From Ophelia neglecta (taxonomy: Eukaryota), in contig OZ260662.1 of NCBI GenBank assembly GCA_965285935.1, positions 90,458,001 to 90,522,000 of the forward strand: a stretch of 64,000 nucleotides of DNA. The letters run 5' to 3'. The notes under the pieces are model-generated. The model made no database searches. It saw only the letters and a program-made list of their open reading frames with translations, and was not told the DNA's origin. Shown one piece after another: positions 26,380 to 38,779 of this stretch. Numbering within the stretch: position 1 is the stretch's first letter; each line of letters opens with the position of its first letter. Both the position numbers and the translations under genes were made by a program.

Positions 26380-26760
26380 CAGCAAGAAGATTAGAAAATT
26401 GGCAAAGGTAATACTGAAAGAACTGCTTCTGTTGGCACCGGATAAAGGCAACATCCAGAGAAACCGCACTCCGGATGTTTTGACTTTGATTTTTCCATGT
26501 CAAACGAGAATCGATTAGGTAACGCATACTCTTCCTTTGTTTTCGGTTATCCCGGAACTGGTAGACAATAATTGAATATAAGATCAAGTGTGTGCTATGA
26601 AAACCACGAAACAACTAACTATATTAAGTGATGGTTTATACAGTTATAAATATGTGGCTGCATTTACCAATATTCTAGCCATTACAAAGTATCAGATATG
26701 GGTTGTTCTTCGAAGTCTTAGAAAAATTGGGACTTGCAGCAAAGACGAAACGCGAGTGGA
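26380..26760 (-). mobile_element. CR1-group RT remnant with an internal deletion
   Basis: PNFSKT / FEE (~LPxFSKIFEK) and FRGFHSTHLIL (~GFRxxHSTxLAL), joined almost directly to YLIDSRLTWKNQSQNIRSAVS (~IDSxLTWKNHI); ORF 26363..26614. Confidence 0.65.
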
Positions 26761-26989
26761 TACCGTTAGAAATGTCAAAAGTATTTGGTTGAATAGAGAA
26801 ATAAAAGACATTACTTGTGAAGTCAATATTCGTGACGCCTATGAAGTGAACCGATAGATGTAAACCTTACCGTTCTAGATGTATAGCATAACAAATGTGT
26901 GTGAATCCTCATAACAGCCACTGTCAAGTGAAACATTAAACGCATACGAGGAAAATGCGCCAACTGCATTAGAAATCGACCACGTTGCA

Positions 26990-27800
26990 ATAGGAAAACA
27001 GGTTCTTTGCCAAGTGAAGCCTTCCATCTGCTTCTTTGTCTGGGTAGATTTCATTTGCTTTGACTGGAACGAAGGATCGTTTGAAGATTTGCATTGTTAG
27101 ATGTAATATGTAAATAAAGAAGTTACACTTCCCATCAGGCTGAAAAAGACTGTTTATGGATAAATATGTTCCTTTGCTTTCATTTAAACCAGGAGTGAAA
27201 ATGTTATTTGCCAAGATGATTTAACCGAGACAAAGGTAAGCATGCACGTGTTACATCTTCAGTAAAGCTCTCAGTCACAATAAGGCAAATTTCAGGGCGA
27301 AAAAGCCACCTGCGCAAGCCTCCTGCATTTATGTAGTGGGACCACATGGTTTCCTTGGGATGACGACACATTTAGAAAACGTAGGCGGATTTCACAAGTG
27401 GCTTTTTCAGCGCAACAATTGCCTTAATCCACATGTAGGTAAAATTTGGCTTTTAGAATATGGTTTAAAGAGAGTTTTTTTTTATTTAAGCGGTTTTTAT
27501 TTATTGCGATATACATAAATGCAGCTTTAAAAATTTGCTTACTCGGTTACCCTAAATATATTTTTGTAGGTGTAGAGAATCTGATAGGGGTACTTCATTT
27601 AAATATTACTATTTGGGCAGTTGCTGTCTATTCAAAACGTCCTACTGGTCAATTCATGGTCCTAATATATGGCAAAAAAAATCGTTAAAATGAAACCGGG
27701 GGCTTGGAAACTGTTTGACGAAAAATAACCGTTGTCCAAGTCTCTTTGATAGTTGAAATAAAGCATCAATAGTTCAAGTGATTGAACAGAAATATTTCTA
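26990..27800 (-). mobile_element. CR1-group RT core remnant
   Basis: QSLELL..LDNGYF, HIL..IDQ*DV, KIYLG / NR, TCGLRQ (~TCGVPQG), LSINS..KCNFFIY (~LSLN..KTNFMIF). Confidence 0.6.
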
Positions 27801-28129
27801 TGTTCCCGCCGCCTTGTTACAGCCAAAGGCCATATGTTGGTAGGAAAACATTGGCACACGTTCAGCATTTACACACGCAACTTCTCTTCCTTTCCTGGTT
27901 GTTAAATATGTTGCGTACCATCAGATAATTGCACGTTAACCGTTCTTTTTATTGCGTGCAGCGGTCATTGGAGGGAATTGATATACCTAGTATCCTCTGT
28001 GTGGGTCGGTTTGTGTGCGTGTGAGGGTGTGTGTGTGTGAGTGGTGGGGGTAGGGGTGGGGGATCCATGACATTTCATACTCCATTTAAAGGGGTTCATT
28101 TCTATTTGAATCAGACACATTTTACCGTA

Positions 28130-28440
28130 CCCGTGTTTTCTCCCCGTATATTTACTTCAGTAGTATTTCGATAATTCAGAAATAATCATGTAAATGTAAA
28201 CTTCTATCATTCATTACTAACATATTAATGATGTGATATCCAGGTACCAGAAATGCATGTTAAAGGGATCAATTTGTCGTATGCATGCCTCAACTAACGG
28301 TGCACTTCGGACTCCTTTTCAATATTGGGTACTTGACCTAGTACCTTGTTCTTGTAATATTCCGTGTCATTGGCCCCTTTGTCAGTCCCAATCTTTCTAT
28401 AAGGTAAACAGACCATCATCATTCTAACTAAGTCTGCAGT
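28130..28440 (-). mobile_element. Penelope-like RT N-terminal fragment
   Basis: LS*NDD, then IGTDKGANDTEYYKNKVLGQV (~ADKG..MDTEYYKxKIxxQL), then IYG. Confidence 0.5.
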
Positions 28441-29159
28441 CCATTATTAAAGCGTGGTAGAGTTCCGATGTGAACCTTGGCAAATGGTCTCAAAGATGTT
28501 GTTAATGTTGTACATTTCGACTTTTGTGACTATTATTTGCACCGAACATTAATATAAGGCAAGAACTAATTTGCTACTGACGGTTACACGTGTGGAGGTG
28601 TGAGTATTATATGGTAGACAGGCCAATTTTTGTATACTGGTACCTGTTCAATATCCTCTTTTTAGGTTCCAGACTATTTTATTTGTCTATATACCGTTCT
28701 GCTAGCTGGAAAATATCCATTATTTTCTTATAAGGATTCCTGCTTTGAAACAGCCTAGTAAACAGTCAAAGTATCAAGCTTATTGCCATGGAACCTCATA
28801 CAGGAGTAGGCTTTAAGTAGGATATACATACATTATGTAAACTGTGAACAGCCCCCAGTATATTGAGCTGTCCCTGATGGGTTCAGTTTAAGCTACAAAC
28901 TATATACTATATACAGCTGTCATATGTTACACTAGCCACCTCTATATGATACTTAACTTACCAATCAATCATCATTATGATATGAGCCGATTGCCTTTAA
29001 TTTTGCCACCTTTTTAAATAGAAATAAATTCGCACTACTCTCTTGACTGTCTGTCTGGCTCTGCTAAATACACATGCATTGGTGGTAATAGACTGCTTAA
29101 GGGACATTCGCATGGAAAGGTGGGGTTTCTAGACCATAATTGCTAAGGCAATAGTAATA

Positions 29160-29780
29160 AAACCGCTCTCCCTCGATTCTTATGATTGGATGAGAAATTA
29201 CGCAGCGAATGAAATGTAGATATGTCCTGTCTTGTGAACATTTCTCTTGGACTAATTTTTAAAATATCCAGTATCACCACGAGAATATACTTTTCTCAAT
29301 AAAGGACTACAGTTCCATTGCAATACATTTGATGTTTAGTGCTGTACTTTCTTCATCGAAATGCTTCTTCAATTTAGTTCACGGATATTAAAAAACTTTT
29401 TTTTGACAAATAGTGTAATAAGAAGGTCCTGTAGGAGCCTGGGGGCTAATTTTACACCAGAGCACGTACCAAACCAATCTGTCATTGATCAGCTTGGAGC
29501 AGCCAACTGTAACCAGAAACACAGCACAGATAGGTTTAGGGGCTACATGTAGGTATGGTGCTCTGCCCAATACCCTGCGTCTTGTAATACTTTATATGTT
29601 GCCCATGATATGGGTAAATATAGTTTTAGTCAAAAGGTCTATAATAGTGACAACATGCTGAAAATCCTAGGATATCCAACTTGTTAGTGTACATTAGGTC
29701 ATAAAATATACTGCTCGGACATGACCTTAAGTCACGTATGTTATATAAACAATCATCGCAAACATCATTCGTAGTGTGAT
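29160..29780 (-). mobile_element. RTE/RTE-X-group LINE RT remnant
   Basis: SCPSSIF, ICAVFL..INDRLVWYVL, NVLQWNCSPLLRKVY (~GVxQGCxLSPLLFNIY), SFAA*FLIQS*ES (~LFADDLVLLSES). Confidence 0.65.
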
Positions 29781-30449
29781 TGATTCTCAATGCCAAATCG
29801 CATGGTGTTTCCTCTGTAAGCAAAAGGAACGTTTGATATGTATATTACACTTCCTAAGCTACTATTAATAGATGTTGAATACATCTGACACCGACATAAA
29901 GCAGCCCCACATTGAAAAGAAAATTTTGCCACAAATACGCAATGCCATGTTGGGTTTTACTCCCTTATTTAGCTGTTAGCCATTAGGGAGGCCACCGAAT
30001 CGGTGACCTCCTATCCCGATAAAGCACTGCCATTCCAATTACAATATTACAAAAAAATTGTCATGGCCATGGGAAACAACTACCGTTAGATGAAACATAC
30101 AATACAAAAAGCCTTGGGTTAAATAGCACAAAACAGCTTATAGCTCGGTATCATAGGATACGTGAAGTCGGTATTTATAAGATGACAAAGTTGCCTGTTT
30201 AAAGCTCAGTTCAAATTCTCCTATCTAATATAACTAATTTTAAATGCAATGTGTATATATTTCTAACCTGATGCGAACAACTTTATTGTTCAATTGATAC
30301 GTTCTCCAATTCAAAAGGATGGTTAAACAAATGAATTTGAATGACAGAACACCTGAAATTGAATGATATATAGATAATTTCATTATGAAGTCTACTAAAA
30401 GACAATACATAACTGGATAAATTGACACTTTATTAACAAAAACTCGGGA

Positions 30450-31830
30450 GTAGTAGACTTTAATATAGTCTATAGGTTGACCTATCCAAAACTTAACCCA
30501 AAACGCACTGAGTGTAGTACACGATACTATGAGGCAGTGATAAAGCACATAACAAGTAATGAAGTATTTGGTCGTTACTTATCTCAACATATACAGATAA
30601 ATCGCCTCAGGCCAATTCCTAATATAATAGAACACTGGTTCTACGGCCTTGGAGGCGTGGTACCTGTGATAACTCACTCTTACTTAGGTCACAGAATTCC
30701 TTCATGGTTTATGGAATGGCCAATTGAATCATGAGAAACGCATCATTTATTGGACTTGTGTTTGATAATTAAAAGTACATGTATAGGGTATTCATACGAA
30801 ATTCCAAGTGTTATAAGACAAAAAAAAAAATCTGCTAGATGAACCGCAATGTACCCCCGGGTTCAAAAGGTACCCCGTGACTTGTTTTTCTAATTTGTAC
30901 ACTTACCGAAGAAATTCACTGTCACGAATTACTAGTTTTTCAGGTACGCCGATATAGAAATACCATTATATTAAGGAACCATTTTCGACATTCTAGTTTA
31001 GACTGCCAGGTGCCAGCGCCTTCATGCACTTTGAGCCTGCCATGGCTAACTACCAATGAGTACGGCGGCCTCCAAGCGTATACCTACAGATGTGTTAAAC
31101 ACTAGGCCAGAATCCGACATTGTTTCTACAAGTGGTTTAATAGGTCAAGTATACTTCCCATGGATGACATGAGTTGTTACCCATTTGAGGCCAATTTTCT
31201 CAGCGGATTTAAGTGTCGTAGGCTATTCGTATACGGCTTTAATCAATTTAACCTCACATCCTACATTAATCAAATGCCAGGGTATATTATTTGTACTTTG
31301 ACATGAAAAACATCAGCAAGAATTTTGGAAGCCTTTTGCGCGCCCATTATTCGTGAGGTTCGTATGACCTAATTTTAACATTTTACAATTTTGCTTATGC
31401 TGGCTCAAAGGTTTTTCGATAAAGTTCTAGGATCCCGGGAAGATGAATATTTTTTATGCCAACGGTATCATTTGCCCTGAGGATAATTCGGCTTGCCACG
31501 AACTGCATTCTCTATATATGGCCTTGATGTACAGCGAGGGAGCTTTGATCCATTAGCTGAGGACTTTCTAAATTGTTATCACGTATTTGCACAACATACT
31601 ACTAATAGCGTGGGGGCTGCAGAATGGGTTGTCTGGCTGTAGGCCCTCTACGGTCATACAACACACCGTGTGCCTCTTGACTATCTGACACATGACACAT
31701 TGCAACTGCCTCCAAACAAGGCTGTTATATAATACCCCAATTGAAGTGGTGGAACCTTTTTTTGGTGCATGGCGTTCCCTGGCCACTTGCCGCAAGGCCA
31801 TTTCCTAATGATTGATTATGGTCGACTGGT
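30450..31830 (-). mobile_element. CR1-group LINE RT and C-terminal remnant
   Basis: NQSLGNG, APKKG, IVKRH..DNPF, RIIL..VGIK, NLTN, NIP, IAYDT*I (~FADDTKI, ~31215), LDLLNH, GLVFNTS, LYHCLIVS. Confidence 0.6.
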
Positions 31831-32489
31831 TCTGTTTGATTAGTTTCTTGTGCGTAGGCAGTGTCCATTCGGGATCACCAAGGTCGTCGTAGTAGTCATC
31901 AATAGTTAACGTGAACATATCATATTCACCATAACATGCTAGCATCTTTTCCTTGAGAAATTAACGTACAGTTAGCGCCATCTGGAATTTATCATCACAA
32001 CTTTAAGCGTTGTGATGAATATAATGAATAATGATGTTGATTGTTCTATTATAGAATATGCACTAATTCTATATTTGAATATCAGTAAGATTAAAGAAAA
32101 ATTGTCGACAAACATTTATCTCGAAGGGTGTGGGGGTGGGTTGTGCCTACAAGGGTCGGTTCACGCGATGTCCACCGGGCTTGCTAAATCCCTTATGTAC
32201 ACAGAGAAAGTGCATCATTGGACCAAAAAAAACCGCACTCTCAGGCACCGACAGACTGAACGCACCAGCGGATGACCCCCCCCCCCCCATAAAAACCAAA
32301 CAAAAATAAGCTAGAACAAAATAAACAACAGAATAACTCCAAGCCAAACGTCCTGAAATGGTAATTTCTTTATCGCAGCATGCTGCTATAGTATGCATTG
32401 CCAGTAAACTCCTCTTGGCCTATGAATATTTAGGCAGAATACAAGTTGCTGAAGCATTTTTGGCTCTCACCCGAAAAAAACACTGCACG

Positions 32490-32620
32490 TATGTTAAAAG
32501 GCCAAATGAGCTTATCAACTTTTGGCAGTTTTGAATTTGACTGTGGTTCTTTAATGCAGAAAACCACAGAGCAATAGTTCGCCACTTGTTGCAATTTCGA
32601 ATTTGTGCATTTTTGTATGG
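32490..32620 (-). mobile_element. CR1-group C-terminal fragment
   Basis: ANYCSVVF..QSNSKLPKV (~LxYCSVVW..NIxKLEKVQ); ORF 32430..32654. Confidence 0.35.
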
Positions 32621-32760
32621 GTCTATTGTGGGGAAAGGATAATGGGGGTATCAACTATTTGTCTCGTGTCGCTTTTGGCTAAAACAAGTTTAAGCCCTGA
32701 ATAAAGAAGGCAAATCAGCTTCGGAAACAACCGGTTAAATTTAGCCGGCGTAAATGAATT

Positions 32761-33000
32761 TTAAGTCCCCCTGAGTGAAAGGTCCCTTCGGACTCCATTT
32801 ACTCACCCTAACCCAAATCCGGGAGTCCCCCGATCTTAAAACCCTACTTTTTATATTGCGGCGGTCTAGAAAATCTTTTATAGTTGGGTCTTGAAATCCT
32901 TGATTATAAAGTCCGCCGGTCCCAAAATCCTGGTATATTTCTTCCCCGGGTCTTATTACCCTCGGGGTTTGAGTCCGGGGGACTAAACATCCGGGGGACC
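32761..33000. repeat. GC-richer repeat with internal inverted subunits (possible non-autonomous element)
   Basis: AGTCCCCC (32764, 32824) faces GGGGGAC (~32977, ~32993), and one CCCTAACCC is present. GC content is clearly above the flanks. Confidence 0.35.
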
Positions 33001-33519
33001 ATATTATCTATTACAGCTTGTCTTAAAATAACGCCTTTTTATTTTGTGGCAAGTAATTCTAGTGAATACACTTTCATTTGGTCTTTGGTGGCTAACTCCA
33101 TCAGGAGTGATTTCGAGTACCATTGAATTAATCCAGTCTTCGCCGACAGCTTAGTCGATTAAATCGGGCGAATAAACTGCTTATTAAAAGCTAGCAAACA
33201 TTTCTATTTAAGATGTTAATGCGAAACAAATTAAATACGAGATTACTTGTTTTTGAAGTGACTTGAAACATTGAGTCTCAATCCCTAAATAATAAAATTT
33301 CCTGATAATATATTTTTATTGGAATGTACATTTCTTTTTTTGCCAATGTGCGCGGAAATCACACCAGGGGCTTGAAATAGTTCTAAGGACACTACATATG
33401 ATTTTATGAGTTTATTGAGACAGTCAGATGTACATATAACTTGTTTAGATAACTACTCCATTATCAGTTCAATTTCCCCAACCTTCGCCATTAATTTTAT
33501 TCCTCATAAAGAGTCATCG

Positions 33520-35000
33520 AACGTCTCTTTAATGTCATGGTAGGAGGTTCGATTGTCGTGATTCCATTGAGATTGCTCTGAGTTAGACGTATCGATGCCC
33601 TTGAATTTGACAGGAAGTGAATTAAAATGTCTGTTTCGATGTATGAGTTGATCGTCAGCTTTAAAAACTCCACTCGTCGCATGTAAATGGAGGCAGATTA
33701 CGTCAGTTTTATAAATATTAGCATTGTTGTTGAAGTTCTAGACATTTGAAGCAAACTCAGTCAGGTGATAGCTAGGGTTATGTGTAGTAGCACCGATCAA
33801 CCCTCTTCTAAATATCAGGGGTGTCTGTGGGATTCATCCAGTTTACAGTAAATTACTACCTGAGACGTTCTTGACATCCGGGACTCGTTTTAGACACACT
33901 CGAATGAAATATTAAACCATTTGAACTGACGTAATAAAACAATGCTGAATTTTTCCAAGTCCTATTATAAAAAAAAATACTTAGAAAACAGAGAAATGTG
34001 TTTGATATAAAGACAGTATACCACTTCACGTCCAAGCCATTTACTGTTGAGTTTGGTCTGGGGCTTAAAGCGACATCAATGTTAGCCAAATGGATTAAAC
34101 GGTAAATGCATTGTAGCGTTTCTTAAAACGCGTGGTAGATGAAGGCAGAAAAGAGATAGCTTATCCTCGCTTCTACAAGATTACACTTTACTGAATTGAG
34201 CTTCCTACGCAGTGTTCTGATCGAAAATCTACCAAGTACAAAAGCACTCTCCAGTTCGAAAATAAGTGTTTCTATCAGAATAACAATTCAAGAGCAATTT
34301 TTCAGTAGGGTTCATCCATATTTTGTCTTTTATGTAAATGTTAGTGAAAGTATAATGGGCGTAGTTCAGTTCATGTTCACATATCGTTGAATTTAGCAAA
34401 AATTTGAGTGTCGCAAAACGAATTCCTTGGATTGAGTGCACATTTCTATGGGGCTTTACGAAAGGGCGTTCAAAAAACACACAGAAGCATTACTATCGGA
34501 TTCATATCTAGATGAAAAGCGTTGTACTGAGGATTCATCCTTTCGCCGTTTTTTTTTCGAAAGAACTGCATTATATCGGATGTGATATATCATGACTACG
34601 CTTTAACGCTGTTTGATGGATGTTTCAATTTTTGGTATATTTTATTAGCCTATTATAAAAAGAAGCCTAGGGATTTCAGCAATTTGCAGCAAATCACATA
34701 TGTATGGGATGCCATCTAGCATTTTACCCAAATTTGGCAAAATAATAACAGGAACAGGAAAACCTTTTCCAATCATCAAACGACGAGCATTAATTTTCAA
34801 TGTCAACCCAAATCCCATTTTTCTGGCAGTAACAAGATGACTTTGCGGATGTGATTTCAAAGCACAGCATCGCTCATGTGGAACATATATCTAATAATGG
34901 TGTGATGGTCGATAATAAATAGCTGCCAGGGCCACGCCCTGCAATTCGAGAAGCGTAAGATTGGGTTGCTGACACATTTACAACCCCCGGTCGGATTTCT
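33520..35000 (-). mobile_element. L2/Rex-group LINE APE, linker and RT remnant
   Basis: HPQSHLVTA (~HPDSxxIVAGDFN), KIWMNPTEKLLLN..RNTYFRTGE (~KPWMNxxVKxLLxxRxxAFRSGD), PNSTVNGLD, TWKNS, SSVSKT..ERL, IFRRG, FLSNSRASIRL. Confidence 0.55.
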
Positions 35001-36359
35001 GCAATTATCGCCATATTGGTTCGGAGCCACTGTTCCGATTCGCGGCCAGTAATATAATCGCGTGTCTGGTCATCCGGGTCTTATAACAGGCGTTGATGTG
35101 ATTGAATGATGATTTGAACCTAATTATCTACATCTAATATTTCAGAATGAAATATGGTAAATTGTCAGTACCTTGACTACAGTTGTTTTTCAAATCGGAT
35201 GGGCGTATTTGTGTCGTTGGTGGTGGTGGTGGTGGTGGTGGTGGGGGGGGGGGGTTACTGGTTTTCTGAAATACCGTTCAGGCGTTAGCTATACAGTTTT
35301 AACATCAGCGTAAAGTGTCAGTACGTAAATAGCCATTATTAATACCAATACTACTTTTGATATCTGAATATACAATCGTTTTCATTAGATTTGATTACCA
35401 AAAGCGTTTTTATATACATGTATATACAGAAAAGTTTAAAATGGTTTGTGCACTCGCCCTGTTGCAGGTGCGTCAAACGAACAAACTGTGCTTAAACTGT
35501 CCTGCATAATTTAAGATGCACTCAGATGACAATTATATGCACTTAGTTTGCAAAAAAGAAAGTATGTTTCTGCACACATAAGCTAAAATGTGCATTTGGG
35601 TCTGAGAATGTGATTCTTACATTGTATCATAAAAGATTATGAAACTTGGACCAACCAGCGAAATACGTATAAAGGTCAACCTGTGAAAAAGGGACTGGAA
35701 TAAGTATAATAATGGACAGACTTGAAACCCCGGTTCATCACTAATAATCTGGTGGAATTTGAATACAGTATTACGAACTAATTCATACCTTTTCTGTTAA
35801 TATGTCGTACTACAATTCCTATTTATAAAAATCAAATTTTTTATCATGTTTCAATTCGATCAAAATGTATCATTCATTGTCACTCCTTGTCAATCTTCCT
35901 TGTTTATCTTCCTAATTGTCCCTGTAAGTTTACAACTATTTTTCTTATGGGCTCTGCTTAGGAGGAAACTTTTATTATAGATCCCTAGTTCGAGACTATG
36001 CTCGCAAGTCTCGAACCATCTGGCCATGCACTTATTGCACCAAATGTGATGGTACGCATTTGCTTGAAATGCCCACCTTTTGCTATATTCTTCTATTATA
36101 TAGACTTAACAATTTTTGATAGGAAATGAGAAACCATCAAGAAAATAACTATACCATAATAATAACAATAAGTATTTTGGTCATAATAATTTGAATTACA
36201 ACGGCGAGCAATACTAAGTGTTCAATCAGTTGTGTCAAACCCCATTTTGTGGCTAGAAAATTCAATCTTTGGCTGGGGCAATAAGGTTAGAAGCTGAACC
36301 CGAATTTACTTCAAGGACCGTGGTAATTTGAATGTATACTCAAATATACTTCCCTGGAA

Positions 36360-37210
36360 TGCACCAGCGGATACCCACATTACTACCATGATGTCACCTA
36401 TTTCAATAACCTCCTTGTACAGCTGATCTCTACATTATTTTCTTGAGCTATAAAAAGTGCAATAATTATGAAAGTGCGTTTAGACACATTTATGATATGC
36501 TCAATTTATCCCGTTCTGGGATTTCAGCTGATAATTTGCATAATGGTGTCGTACTAGTTCAAAATATTTGGGATTCTCTCATATCTGTGCAAATTTTTTG
36601 CAAGTCATTGCCATGAGCAAAAGGAGAGCCATGCATGCACGGCGAGGTAATGTTCAATATCTGTTGCTGTCATCCCTTATGCTCCTTATATACGCAGACT
36701 ACCAACAGCATTATTTAGGTTGCTTTTTTGGGTATTCTTATGGTAGGCTTTGAATTACCTTATCAAGGTCCGGGCTTAGAAGGAACAGGGTATATCGGGT
36801 CCTCTATTAAGGTAATTCCAAACATTGCTCCGCATTAATCAGTTCCTTTCAGTGTTTAGACACTACCGTTGCATATGTCAACCTTAAAACGTATTGATGG
36901 GTCAGCAGGGAGACATTAGAAACCTAAGTGCTCATGTTGCTCTCAGATGTTGTTTTGCGCGGAAATGGTCAGCCGGCTTCTGATGAGATAGGTCGCTGAA
37001 TGAATGAATATACGTCTAAGCTTGCCACTCTGACGCCATTTTTCATGCCACGAAAGACAGAAATAGCGCCATGTTTCCTTGTTGAATTATCATGGGTTAT
37101 TAGTAGTCCCCTCGAGGAAAGTCGTTCGGCAGTCCTTGTCAAAAACTGGTACATCAAAGTCTCTGCTTGCCAAAAGGGGACGCGTGTGTATGGTGGTGAC
37201 AACCACATAC
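36360..37210 (-). mobile_element. Penelope-like (Neptune-type) RT remnant
   Basis: VASLDVYSF..P..EAG (~LVSLDVxSLYTNIPHxEG; ORF 36969..37208), INAEQCLE..RTR, YIRSIRDD (~RYIDD), KFA, CGYP (~RGYP). Confidence 0.6.
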
Positions 37211-37829
37211 ATGTAAACCTTGTATCCAGTAGAATCTCACTCAGGTTTATGAGTATAAAAATTCAACAACACAAATGTATGCTAAGTAGACATTAGCTCT
37301 GACAATCTTTATTTCTAGTTTACCTGATAATTTACTTTCAAGTATCACTTGCCCCATTTTTGTCTCAGTTAGGAACACATAAATTGTCTTATCAGTTAAT
37401 TAGTTGCATGGCCTAATTTGAACTAATTGTACCATACGCTCATTTCTTATCTGATGAACCCTAAACTTTTATTATCCAAAGTTCCCACATTCCAGTGCCC
37501 CTTGATCAAGACTTATACAAATAAGTCCGTTAACAATATGCTTCTTATTGTTTTAAAGGACATATGGACTAGAGAGATGTAATCTTCAGACTTAATATAG
37601 ATAGATATTCAGGAAGTTATCCCTTTTCTTTTTATCTGTGAATTCTTGCATTATAACTGTTTGGAATTAATGGTGCGTATGTATGGATCTATGGTTCGTC
37701 TGGTAGGTATTGATTTATCTCTGGCAATAGCAGAAATATTCTTTCTAAATCTCTCTTGCCTCATTTTGTTATATACCATGCTTTAAGATACCATCAGGAA
37801 TGGAACAGCACTGAAACAGATATCAAGAA

Positions 37830-38360
37830 CCTGAGTCTTTTGCGTCAATAACAAATAAAGACGATATTATAGTTCCTTCGGAGATGCAATGCGCTTTAAG
37901 CCGTCATAGAATGGCCACCGGAACAGGAAAGTTCCCCTTCCGATTCATACGTATGGGATCATGACTTCACACCATCAAGTATTGACTTAATGCACTACAG
38001 CTGACTGCTTATCTCAAAAAATAGCAAATTAATCACGAAAGGGATGGCACCTCTCAAATTCTCATGACGATAACCCAATGAAGGGTGATAAGGGATGCTG
38101 TTTGAGTGGCCAACCCAAGGGAACATATTGGTGTTTTCGGCTTTTATGGTTCCCTGCGGATTGCAAATCCCTGTTCATTATCACAACTTAGGTAGACTCA
38201 AAACCCTCATTCGCAGGCACAATACCAACTGTAACCATTTAACAGACATTAAGTCGACTAATGTCCTTCCTCTATCGAAAAACTGGTATGAAGCATGCGC
38301 CGTAAACAGTCTTAGCCTATTGATAATTTCCTTACAAGGCTAACTGGTAATAGAAACTGT
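37830..38360 (-). mobile_element. RTE-group LINE RT remnant
   Basis: SITS*PCKEIINRL..FDRGRTLVD (~TSxPxK..NRL..FRxGRSTxD), DNEQGFA..RE (~DFEKAFD..RE), GWPLK, GVKS, ISSLFVID. Confidence 0.6.
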
Positions 38361-38779
38361 ACACTGACGTTTAATTCATTTGCTAGACACGAATAGTTTT
38401 TTCTTCAATACAGCGCATGCCAAATCACTGGTTCTATAATATACCACTGTAGTACGGTCACAGAGAGATTGAAGACGGCCTACAAGGAGCCTTACATTCT
38501 CTATGACATTGCTAAGACTACTAAGGTTTCGTAATGTCAAGAATGTAATTGCAATTGCATTGAAGGCTTAATATAATGTAGTGAAGGCAGCTTATATCCT
38601 GTTAGCATTCGAGATTTGAATTTTCAAACAGATGACGTATAAACGATACCTTACCCTATTGACATAAGGTTCACTTGCGCACTTGTAGTAGTGTGGAACT
38701 TGTTGGGGGAGGGTTGAACTCTAACAAACCGGGTGCTAGAAAACCGTCTAAAGCATTTCAGTTAAAACAAGTCATCATT

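Noticed and set aside
28520-28533. 14-nt minus-strand match to miR-153 (ATAGTCACAAAAGT)
   Set aside because: The 5' seed bases do not match and there is no convincing precursor hairpin.
15641-35254. Poly-C/G runs and (TA)n, (GT)n, (GGT)n microsatellites (15641, 20832, 22704, ~28010, 32276, 35218)
   Set aside because: These are ordinary simple repeats with no further structure.
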